DNA from: Basidiobolus meristosporus CBS 931.73
Lineage: Eukaryota; Fungi; Basidiobolomycota
Assembly (NCBI GenBank): GCA_002104905.1
Contig: MCFE01000037.1
Coordinates: 140,378-204,377, forward strand
Direction of reading: 5' to 3'
Length of the DNA stretch: 64,000 nucleotides
This document shows positions 38,107-48,987 of this stretch, piece by piece. Position numbers and translations under genes: made by a program. The notes beneath the pieces are model-generated. The model ran no database searches. It was not told the DNA's origin and saw only the letters and a program-made list of their open reading frames with translations. Within the stretch, counting starts at the first letter, position 1, and the number at the start of each line of letters is the position of its first letter.

Positions 38107-38997
38107 ATGTCAGGTTCAGTAGAGTTGAAGCGTCAAGCCTATGGTAAAGCCAAGGTCAGAGTGACCAAGGCCATCCGCCACACCGCCCAGTACAACGACA
38201 TCGTTGAGCTCACTTGCCAAGTCCTTCTCGAGGGTGACTTCGAAGAGGCTTACACCAAGGCTGACAACAGCATGGTTGTCCCCACTGACACTGTCAAGAA
38301 CACCTGCTACGTCATTGCCAAGAAGTCCGACCATGTTCAGACCATCGAACGTTATGCCTACGAGCTCGGCAAGCACTTCGTTGACAAGTACACCCATGTC
38401 ACCCATGCTCATGTGCACATTGTCAAGTACCGCTGGGCCAGAATCAATGTCAACGGCGAGCCCCACCCTCACTCCTTCTACCGTGACGGCAGCGAGACCA
38501 GAGAGACCTGGGTCACAGTCAGTGCGAACGATGTCAGCATCAAGTCTGGCTTGGAAGGCCTTCTTGTGTTGAAGACCACCGGTTCGTCCTTCACCAACTT
38601 CCATCACTGCGAGAACACCACTCTCCAAGACGCTGATGACCGTATCTTCTCCACCACTGTCAAGGCCCACTACAACATCGACACCTCGATTGGAGTCGAG
38701 AACATTCCATTCGACCGCATCTTCGACGGAGTCCGCAAGACCACCCTTGATGTGTTCGCTCACGATGACTCTGCCTCAGTCCAGGCCACCATGTACCGCA
38801 TGGCTGAGTTGATCTTGAAGCGCTTCCCAGAAGTCCGTGATGTGTACTACGCACTCCCCAACAGCCATCACTTCACCACCAACCTTGCCCCCTTCAACCT
38901 CCCTAACGCTGGCCAAGAGATGACCATTTTCTCCCCAGTCACCGACTTCTCTGGATACATTACTGCTACCATTGGCCGTCGTAGGAACAAATTCTAG
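38107..38997 (+). CDS. uox: Urate oxidase type B, copy B8
   Basis: Intact 296 aa from ATG 38107. Confidence 0.96.
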   Translation: MSGSVELKRQAYGKAKVRVTKAIRHTAQYNDIVELTCQVLLEGDFEEAYTKADNSMVVPTDTVKNTCYVIAKKSDHVQTIERYAYELGKHFVDKYTHVTHAHVHIVKYRWARINVNGEPHPHSFYRDGSETRETWVTVSANDVSIKSGLEGLLVLKTTGSSFTNFHHCENTTLQDADDRIFSTTVKAHYNIDTSIGVENIPFDRIFDGVRKTTLDVFAHDDSASVQATMYRMAELILKRFPEVRDVYYALPNSHHFTTNLAPFNLPNAGQEMTIFSPVTDFSGYITATIGRRRNKF

Positions 38998-39487
38998 TTC
39001 CATCATTGCCTCTGTAAATTTATTTATTAAATATTCACATACTTGACGTGACAGCCAATCTTTTTGCATTAATGTGATGATTATTTTTTAGTTTTCGGGT
39101 ATTCATTAAACTGTTGGTAGTCCTGGGTTTACCCATATAGTGAAGAACCGGTCTACTGAAATGTGAATATAGCTTGCTACGTTACACAAGTTTACATGTA
39201 TTATAAGCTATAGCACTTCATATTGCCGTACACCAATGTTAACTTTTTAACTGCTCGGCACTTCTAGATGCTACCGCATTTGAAATCTATAGAGTGTTTT
39301 CCTCAAATCCTTGGAAGTAATGCTGAAAATTTGGATTTTCGGTTTTCCAGGGATGTAAAATCTGGATTGTCCATTTTCCAATACATTCGTGTCAATCACA
39401 ATTCAAACAAACCTTGTGGCAAAGTAGATTTACGACTTCGTTCGAATGCTTGCTAATCGTTAATGTTTATGTTGGATTCTGTCAATT

Positions 39488-39663
39488 TACCGACAGACGA
39501 TAGTAGCAGCGATGTGGCCGGAAGGATCACTGATGGGCCGGAAGTGCTCACGTCCCTGAGCTTGCCATCAAGGAGGACTTGAGCAGTGAGCTCGACAACA
39601 TCATGCCAGTTCTTGGTGTGGCGGATGACCTTAGTGATGCGAACCTTGGTCTTACCATAGGCA
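39488..39663 (-). pseudogene. Type-A uricase remnant (A9) with ~700 bp internal deletion
   Basis: The 5' segment (YGKTKVRITKVIRHTKNWHDVVELTAQVLLDGK) is joined at ~39557 directly to a decayed 3' end. Confidence 0.85.
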
Positions 39664-40210
39664 TTTGCAGGAGTTGGACAAGTTTGTATAGCTGATGCGG
39701 ATCAGAAATTGAAACCCGAGAAGCACATCAACATTGACAATTGGGCTCTTATATTTTTGCCGACAATACTGACAACTATCAATGTACCCAAGTCTTAGAA
39801 ATTCAGTGAGCCTGGACTATCTTCATAGACGAATAACGTTGTGGGTAAGGCAACAATTTTGTTCACAACTCCTAATACTGTAGATCCTATATATCTTAAA
39901 TACCGTAAAGCTATATGTATGCTATCATAAGGTGGCCTACTTAGACATAGGACCTAGGGTAGCTTTCAGAATCTAATTGCTTTCATACTGACAATTGACC
40001 AGATCTAATCTAATTGTCGACATGTCAGGGTGTAGGAATAATTTTGCAAAATCTGTAATTCTTGGGAATTAAGATTCAAGATATAGCATGAGCGTATATC
40101 AGGTTTGCGCTTGCCTATCAGTGGCGAGTCTCATGCCCTAAGGTTTGGAAATTAATGTCCTACAAGTGGCGGTTCAATTATTATCTCCCTTTCTGAAGCC
40201 TTGAAATTGA

Positions 40211-41064
40211 ATGTCTGATTCGGTTGGTAAAGCCAAGGTCATCCGCCACACTGCCCAATACAACGACGTTGTCGAGCTCACTTGCCAGGTGCTTCTCGAG
40301 GGCGACTTCGAAGAGGCTTACACCAAGGCTGACAACAGCATGGTTGTCCCCACTGACACTGTCAAGAACACCTGCTACGTCATTGCCAAGAAGTCCGACC
40401 ATGTTCAGACCATCGAGCGTTATGCTTACGAGCTTGGCAAGCACTTCGTTGACAAGTACTCTCATGTCACCCATGCTCATGTGCACATTGTCAAGTACCG
40501 CTGGACCAGAATTAACATCAATGGCGAGCTTCACCCTCACTCCTTCTACCGTGACGGCAGTGAGACCAGAGAGACCTGGGTCACAGTCAGTGCGAACGAT
40601 GTCAGCATCAAGTCTGGCTTGGAAGGCCTTCTTGTGTTGAAGACCACCGGCTCGTCCTTCACCAGCTGCCATCACTGTGAGAACACCACTCTCCAAGACG
40701 CTGATGGCCGTATCTTCTCCACCACTGTCAAGGCCCATTACAACATCGACACCTCGATTGGAGTCGAGAACATTCCCTTCGACCGCATCTTTGAAGGAGT
40801 CCGCAAGACCACCCTGGATGTGTTCGCTCACGATGACTCTGCCTCAGTCCAGGCCACCATGTACCGCATGGCTGAGTTGATCTTGAAGCGTTTCCCAGAA
40901 GTCTGTGATGTGTACTACGCACTCCCCAACAGCCATCACTTCACCACCAACCTTGCCCCTTCAACCTCCCTAACGCTGGCCAAGAGATGGCCATTTTCTC
41001 CACTGTAACTGATTTCTCTAGCTATATCACTGCTACCATTGTTCGTCGTGGTAACAAGTTTCAA
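40211..41064 (+). pseudogene. Decaying type-B uricase (B9)
   Basis: N-terminal deletions, substitutions (FTSCHH, DADGR), a frameshift near 40958 and a lost stop. Confidence 0.85.
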
Positions 41065-41165
41065 TTTTCATCAGTGCCTGCCTTCTCTGATTAGATAACC
41101 GTCACAATTGGCCGCCACTACCCCGTATTCGGTCATCATAAAATACGACTGGTTCGCCTCACATT

Positions 41166-41192
41166 TTAGGGTTAGGGTAACCCTAACCCTAA
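41166..41192. repeat. Head-to-head interstitial telomeric repeats (TTAGGG)2-TAA-(CCCTAA)2
   Basis: ttagggttagggtaaccctaaccctaa. Confidence 0.85.
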
Positions 41193-41229
41193 GCATAAAA
41201 TTTGAGGTTGAGCAAAAAACTTCCATGAC

Positions 41230-41476
41230 TTATAGTTTGTTTCCCCCACGACCAATGATGGGGGTGAAGTAACCCAAGATGTCAGTAATGGGTGAGGAGA
41301 TGACTATTTAGGAATGGTGTCTATTGGGGAGAGCATAGTACACATCATGGACTTCGGGGAAGTACAAGAACAACTCAGCCAGGCGGTACATGGTGGCCTG
41401 GACTGAGGCAGAGTCATCATGAGCGAACACATCCAAGGTGGTCTTGCAGACACCTTCAAAGATACAGTGGAATAGG
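41230..41476 (-). pseudogene. 3' fragment of a type-B uricase (B10), inverted relative to cluster 2; ends GGNKL*
   Basis: LDVFAHDDSASVQATMY...YYALPN with stops and deletions. Confidence 0.85.
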
Positions 41477-41500
41477 ATGAGTAATCCCTGATACCAGAGC

Positions 41501-41704
41501 TGACACGATGTTATTGAGCTCACCGCTCAAGTCCTCCTCGATGGCAAGTTCGAGACTTCCTACACCGAGGCTGACACCTCTGTCGTTGTCCCCACTGACA
41601 CTGTCAAGAACACCCTCTATGTCCTCGCCCAGAAGGCCGAGAATGTCCAGACCATCGAGCGTTTCGGCTACGAGATTGGTCAACACTTCATCAACAGATA
41701 CTCT
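41501..41704 (+). pseudogene. Internal fragment of a type-A uricase (A10), inverted relative to cluster 2
   Basis: HDVIELTAQVLLDGKFETSYTEAD...VPTDTVKNT...HFINRYS. Confidence 0.88.
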
Positions 41705-42586
41705 GACCGAGCAGAGTCCATTCGTAGAGATCAGTGATTTACTATGGTTTGTTATTAGCTTCTTTTTTGTATATTGACACTTGAGCTAATAGTTTGATGA
41801 TTCATTAACATTCATTAATTGTTGCGCTACCAACGTTTCAAGTATTCTCTTCTGGTATTTGGTGATTTTGGTGGCCAGTATCCCAGCATCTTGTGGTAAT
41901 CACCGAGCTTTTACCCGCAGAATTTATTGGGTAATACCCTGAGATTGTTTCAATTATGTAGGTAGTTCTTGGATGCATTTGGGGTTTCTAGAACCATGAA
42001 CAGGTGCTTTGACTGACACGGATCGGTTCTAGTTAAACACCGATTCGGGTGCCCGATATGGAGAAATCAGGTAAGAGATGTCTTTCATCTGAATATTCAT
42101 CACAACATGCACTCGTTCGATCAGATTCTGTTTAATTTCCGCGTGGTAGGCCATGGCTTTTATCTTGGTGTATATCCTTTTTGATTACCTGCTCTTTCTT
42201 AAGCACACCACCCAGCTTGCCTCATACGGACTGTTGGCGATACTTTGGAAGCAATGGAGGGGAAGTGGCGGGGAGGGCTGATGCAAGTATATTCATTATT
42301 GTAAATGTTAAACCAAACCAATGATTAGGCTTGGCAAAGAAATAACCGGTTATTACGAGTTCTATCTGGCCCATTCTTGATCTATTATCACGCAGGGTTA
42401 GTTAAAGTGTATGGTTTGACCAGTTGCATCTATATACACATTCCTATATTTGGTTAAAGTGGGCTGATCTAACCAGAGAACTTCGCAGGGTGAGGGAAAA
42501 TGTGTGCTTTGACATAAATACTCTCTCACTCCACCTTCGGCTTCTGGCGATATTTATATCTTCATCAAAATTCAACCCTCCCCAAC

Positions 42587-43150
42587 ATGTATCCTCATTC
42601 TATGAACACAGCAGATCGCTCAAATATGATGGAATTGGTATTTCATTCGCTTGGGGTTTATCCTTCGATGGCCGATACTTTTCCGCCCAGGTATGCCAGT
42701 TCGGCCTCCGTTATGCCGCACAGAATGCTCTTCGAGAATAGTCTATTATTTTCACATTTCTTAGAGCTAGGTGAACAACTACCAACCTCGAATCATCGTA
42801 TTTCGGGCTATTACGATTCTCTAGTCCCACAATCCACAAGCCCGCAAGTGTCAACAGTTGGCTCCAACACGGCTTCAGAGAATTCCTCACGTAAAAACAG
42901 TCAAGGGAAGGTCAAAACTCTTCAGAGAGATCGTCCATATGCCTGCACACATTGCCTAAGGACATTCACAAGAAAGTATGATTTAGAACGTCATGAAAGA
43001 TTACATACTGGTGATCGGCCTTACCAGTGTGCATTTTGTCACAATTCGTATGCCAGAGTGGACGCCAGGCAACGCCACTACAAATATGACGGCACATGCT
43101 CTTTTCTGTATACTATTACGAAAAGCAGTGGTATTGAAATGCCGTTTTAA
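42587..43150 (+). CDS. C2H2 zinc-finger transcription factor (two fingers)
   Basis: CTHCLRTFTRKYDLERHERLH-TGDRPY-CAFCHNSYARVDARQRH, with a Ser-rich N-terminus. Confidence 0.85.
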   Translation: MYPHSMNTADRSNMMELVFHSLGVYPSMADTFPPRYASSASVMPHRMLFENSLLFSHFLELGEQLPTSNHRISGYYDSLVPQSTSPQVSTVGSNTASENSSRKNSQGKVKTLQRDRPYACTHCLRTFTRKYDLERHERLHTGDRPYQCAFCHNSYARVDARQRHYKYDGTCSFLYTITKSSGIEMPF

Positions 43151-44081
43151 AGTGCATTTCGTTACCAATTCCAATTGTATATACATAGTTCATTTGCTCT
43201 CTATGCTATCATATCTCTCTACCATTGAATCGAATTTCGTAGCGGTTTTTGGCAACACAGCTGATACCCGATCTATTTACTGTAATGCCCTTTATGTGTA
43301 GTAAGATAGTAAATAGTTCAGTGGATCTTGTTGGCGATAAACTTGTTTCAATGTCACATTACAAATAATGACGAAAGCGATTTCCGCCATAGTTGTCTCA
43401 GTGCTCAACATCACCTATATGAAAGGAGAGTTTCGGCCAAAGCATACCTGTTAATGACATTGTGTCAGCTCTAGCTCTCCTTGATCTGAATGATCTGTTA
43501 CAGTAAGCAAATATTCTATAATAATATAGACGCAATCAGTATGTGAGATGTGGAGTACAGAGGCAGTTTATAGTAAGTAACATAAATCAGGTCCTTGGCA
43601 GGAATATGCAATGCACCATGATTTGAAATACATTAGTTGTACATATTAGTGTTGGAAATATCGGATATATGATAAATAGAGAGGTCAAGGTATACCAAAT
43701 TATATAGTTCCCACCAGCTACACTCGCAGGGGTGGAGAAACATGAAAATGGCGCAGTGGTCAAAACATTCTTATCATCTGGACCTTAGGGTAAGGCACCC
43801 TATTTCCTTATATAATACGCGTGATTTCCATCATATGATTTTATGATGATAGCTCAACTGATCGGCTAAAAGTGTGGCAAGGCAAAGGCTGGCTGGTTGA
43901 TTTTCTTTGGAGCATGCCGATAAAAAAAGATGAAATGTTTAACTGGGTGGAAGTCGATATTATCCTCTTAGGATATATTATTGCTCTAAGCCGCCACAAA
44001 GTCTGACTTCTCTTGCTTGATGTATACAGGGCTTGTTCGTGAACAAAAGGGGCTGCATGGTCTTCTGTATTTCTGGAAGAA

Positions 44082-44918
44082 TCATTGCTCACCGTGCCGC
44101 CGAAGAGAAAGCTTCATTCCTTGGTTGGAAAACCAATCTGACAAAGGTGTAACGTCTTTCTCCTTTGATTAGTAAACTGGTTGGATATGTTACCCCAAGA
44201 TATTGGGCTCTTACCGGCCATTCCTGGAAAACTGCGCGGTGGATACACCGTAAAGGGTTCACTATAAACGTGAGTGAGCATGTAGTTATGTCCTTCTTTC
44301 CAAGTCCTGGGAATGGAAAAGATGCGTTAGGAGCAATATCGAATTACAACTTCTCACTTTTCTACCTCATGATATCCCACAGACTAAACCGTAGTCTATA
44401 TTTTCCTTCCACCCTTACCGAGAGGTCAGGAAACAGAAAAAAAACGCCAGGGTTGCCGTCCATATGCCTGAGTTGATACGAGGAGGAGACGGTGCAGCCT
44501 ATTAAATTTCGGACGTTAACAGGCCCGCCAAGAGATATAATAGAAGAACCTTGCCGCTCTTGACTAGACGTTGGTATGGACGCCGGATTGACTACTACGT
44601 TACAATCATGCTGGAAATCAGCTGACCAAAGGTCCGCATGTACAACAAAATTTGCGATTTCGACCGTACTTTGGAGAAGTCAGTTAGTGCAAGGGAGTCA
44701 GACGGCATTATTGAAAGGTGTGCTACTTTTCAGTGGTCGTATTGTTGGTCTTGAGTTCCAGTATCGGGAGTGGCCCAATTAGTCTACGGTCCTTGTCACC
44801 AAATCCACACATTCTCGCCCGTGTAGGCTGTTGAAGGATTTCCAAAGAGTATCTGATGGGTTGAAAATGGTTAATGAGTTGAGCACCAATGTAATCCACG
44901 CCAGCACTACCTGGTCAT
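44082..44918 (-). CDS. Velvet-domain protein, ~200 aa (exons 44918-44911, 44852-44727, 44668-44366, 44306-44215, 44155-44082); absent from the ORF track
   Basis: Spliced translation YSLEILQQPTRARMCGFGDKDRR...RNLIG...FFLFPDLSVRVEGKYRLRFSL...SEPFTVY..FPGM..TPLSDWFSNQGMKL. Four GT-AG introns keep the frame. Confidence 0.9.
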
Positions 44919-47900
44919 CGTTGTTGTAAGAATACGGTGAGGAAAAACAAAAACACGTGAATGCAAAAAGGATAAAAGCAAAAAGGATAAGGGAGTGACT
45001 TTTCCTTTCTTATAATAAATTTACTGGGCAGAAGTGAAGTTGAAGTTACCATATCAGGTGGGACGTACCAAGTTCTATATGGCATGCAGAGCGGTGCCGT
45101 TATAAAGTAGGATCCGATATAGTTTGGGGGTTGTTGGAATACCAAGTTATCTGTCATACCTTTATGCCACCCCATTTACCTTCACTCTTAACCAACTGGT
45201 TTCTTGCTGCTAATTGGTTAGCAGCTGTTGATAATCTAGATTGAAGATGGACAAATGTATTATCAGGAATTATGGACTTTGAACCTGATTGGCCGAACGA
45301 GTTCGAGGACGCATCCGACTGCTTCAATCTTGAGCGATCATAGTCTGGTTGCCTATTTCTGCATATACCATCTGCTCTTACGATATAGCGAATGTCTAAA
45401 GGAGGCTTTACATAGGATTTATATTTAGGCTAATGAGTCAGCAGCGTTAATTGCTTCCGCATCAATTAAACAACCCGCTCTACCTCAAGATTAGTTACCA
45501 TCCTTTTCCCTCTACTGAATCCTGCTCAATTAACCTGAACATGACTGCTTTGATTTGGCAATGTGATACAATCGAACCATAAACTAAGCTTTGTTCTGGT
45601 TGTTGTTTCTGAACTCGATCTGTGGGATTTCTTGTCTATCCTCACATAGTACCCGTGAAGATTGCGATAATTAGTGGCGCACCTTATCTCATGTTTCATG
45701 TATCGTTAATCCTCCATGTATTTGTCCAAATGTAATCTTATTTGGATGACTCGCCCCCAGGGTAGGTGATAGAAAGATGGAAGCGAGAATAAAATGGTCA
45801 ACACAGTTCATTCCCTATTTTGGCCATTAGTGTATGATACATGCTACGTACGTCCTAGGACCAGAACAATTGTGAAGTCTAAATGTGGCAATACATAATT
45901 AAACGAGCTATATGAAGTTCTCTGTGTGATTCCTTTTTATTCTCTGATGCATTATCCTCTCCTTATTGGAATGAATATTAGTGATTAGGCCCCAGTACAC
46001 AGTTGCTGAGCCCGTATCACATTGATTCACATGATACTATCATGTTACGAACACGTTACCGCATATAGACTCCATATTGGAGGGGGAGTAATGGTGTTTG
46101 TAACACTAACGTTTACAGAAAGCGAAAATCAAGCTACAAACTCTTTCGAGGATAGCACTTTGGGAAGCCTAGAGATCAGCGATCATGCCAGATGAGCCGA
46201 TTTGCTCGTCAATTTAATCGAATTTTATTGGGGAGAATTGGTTGCAAGTATTCCTGTAGTCAAATTTATTCATATTCTCAATTTTATACTATTAGCCGAG
46301 AATACCTTTTCAACAATTCTCTTTCCTTATGGAAGTGTCAGAGTGTTGAGAGTATACTCACATTACATGACGCTAAACAAAATAATATATGAATATATGA
46401 CAAACTTAGACATTGGTGCTGGTGTAAAATCTAATGACGAGCTTATATTTGAAAAGTATACTTCGATTCAGGTATATTACTTATTACCTCATTGATTCGA
46501 GGAGAGTTCAAAGTTATTTGGTGAGCTAGGATTATGATATCATATCCACTAGCCAGTTGACAGTGAATTAGCATGATTGCCATACTTTATAATAGGTCTG
46601 TTTTCATCAAGAGAGATTGACCAAGTTGGAGAATTTACAACTTGAAGCTTGTAAGATTATGCCTGGTAAGGATTTAGTACAGTATCACTTCTTATCTAGT
46701 ATCAAATCTATTCTATGCCTTATTTTCATGTGATAGCTGTCTCACCTTAGTATCACCTGATTTTAGGATTTATTGATTTCCCGGAAGTGATGGCAATTTT
46801 CCAGGAGAGGGAGGTCCTTCTTTCCATTGTTTGCCTGGCGCTTATTTCAATACAAATAAAAAAGCCAATCTATAGATTTAAAGTATCCTTGGTAAATATC
46901 CTTGATCTGGAGTTAGTGGGAGATATATAAAGTGATAAACCACCCAACGCGCTGTCCCAGCAAATATTGCAGTATGACCTAGTAAGCGCAACGAAGACCA
47001 AGTCCCAATATTGTATGCCTTATTACTAGTATGTACCTTGTCCAGAGCACAGTCCGGGTATTGAAAGAAGCTAATGGTACCTTATTAGACAGAGTCATTG
47101 TTGGCTACATCAATTGTTATGCTGTACCCTACCAAGGTGGATTACTGCGCAACAGTTGTCACCAAAAGAATCTGTTGGGGTAGATGACAGTATTCGAAAT
47201 TTGCAGGAAAGTAACATGTACTGATTTTTTCTTCAGCCAGGCTAAAAATGGCACTCCATACCTTTTTTGGATTTTCTGTGGATGAATTGCTGTCTTGTCG
47301 ATTGCTTTGCCAGGTGTTGAGCCATGCCTACCACATCAAATTTCAACCACATTGTTTTCATTGAACACATGGTTACAGAAAGCTATTGCACATACATAGG
47401 CTAAGACCACATCTCAGAATACTATTGTTTCCAAGTACATGTTTTGTTTGATAGTAAATGTATATTTACTAACTTGGACCTGGTCTAGTCCATGTTATCA
47501 GTTATAGCTTAAGCCATATGCATTGAGCGGCTCTGGGTCGGTAATGCTTTGACGATTTTTCTTTTAATTCCTTTTGACACAAATCAGCCACACGGTATGG
47601 ATAAATTTATACCAGAAGAAACAAAAAGCTGCATCAATTCCTATCCAAGTCAAATACATATATACACTCAACAATGCACCGAAAGTATCATTGGTTGATT
47701 CCTCTTCCCATTTTATTCAAGTACGAGACATGTGTCCACGTACCAATACATTATTCAATCAGTGCTTATCACTTACAAACAGATGCTACCTTAGGAAGTA
47801 ACGAAGACTAGAAATTGAGTAAATGGCTTACACAACATACAACCACTCGTCCCACTGGCTTTCGTTTGAGAGAGGCAATGGACTTGAGACTCGGACTTCA

Positions 47901-48249
47901 AGATAAATGACGTAGATTTCCTACATGTGGGAACAAAGTATCTCTTGTCAGTCGCAGCCACCTGAACTTTCCATTCTCTCCAAGAGATCCATGGCTGGAA
48001 CCTTGGAGTAATGCGTTTTTATTGATGGGAAGGCTTACAACCCGTCTATCACTAGCTTTTGAACATCGATTAAGATCCCTATTGGATATGACTAAGTATA
48101 ATCCAACTTTTTTAGAGGCTTAGTTACTTAACTCGGACAGTAACCACGATGGAATATGGGTGATAATCCACCCGAGGTATGGAAGCACGTTCTGCAAGCT
48201 TTCGAGTTGATTTTTGTGCTGAGGTAAGGCATTCCAAATCAATGTTCAA

Positions 48250-48263
48250 GGGTTAGGGTTAGG
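48250..48263 (+). repeat. Short interstitial telomere-like repeat GGGTTAGGGTTAGG
   Basis: About two TTAGGG units in the same polarity as the telomere. Confidence 0.5.
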
Positions 48264-48987
48264 CTCAAGGTGGGTATTATTATATTCATATCAAGGAGAG
48301 GAAAGGTGCGGGGTTCGAATCGTGGAGAAATGAAGCCACTGGTTGATTGTTTCCATCGATTCGAAATCGAATTGTCTGACGCGCAACATACGATAATCAG
48401 TTTCCGAATCGAAGGGTAATAGTAAATGATCAATATAAGCCAAACAGAAAGGAATGCGCTGATAAGAGCTTCAATGAATAATTTGTGACATTTGAAAGAG
48501 ATGCTGACTACACGTGCATACCGTATCTTTTGTAGGATCGCCTACAGTACACCCTACAGAATGTCAAACTCGAATAGTATCCTAGGGCTACGTAGTTGAA
48601 CAAAATGTGTACCTAGCCGAATCTGGAAATAAGTAAAGATCTACGCAGTGATTTCCCGGTTAGTTCCAAATTTAGGATCAAAAAGTGCTCAGAAAATCAG
48701 CTAGCTTGAGGTCCCAGAAAGTCAATTGAAATCAATTTTGATTCCCAGAAATTCAACGAAAACAGCCATCTTCGGCAGTCCTGAAATAACAGTCAAGTCT
48801 TTAATTGTAAACATCGAATTGACGATGTGATCCAACCAGTACAAATTAAAACGCGCTCATGGAAAAGTGGCATTTAATTTTTTTCATTGCAACACGTGAT
48901 TCTTGTACTTGTTACTGTACCGTTCCAATTTTTTCTTCGATAAACATGGTGCAATAATCAAGGGGACTGATATTCAAATGCAAACGT

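Noticed and set aside
6168-40922. Many 60-230 aa antisense or alternate-frame ORFs recurring in every uricase copy (and in CRM1 and the hydrolases)
   Set aside because: These are shadows of strong codon bias. Their start and stop positions vary between copies and they have no recognisable domains.
6114-41704. Uricase array as a pure assembly artefact
   Set aside because: Each spacer is unique and copies carry private variants and decay. Exact copy number still needs read confirmation.
48290-48335. GGTTCGAATC tRNA B-box-like motif
   Set aside because: No A-box or cloverleaf can be built around it.
45200-48900. Scattered short ORFs in AT-rich DNA
   Set aside because: No recognisable domain or consistent splice model.
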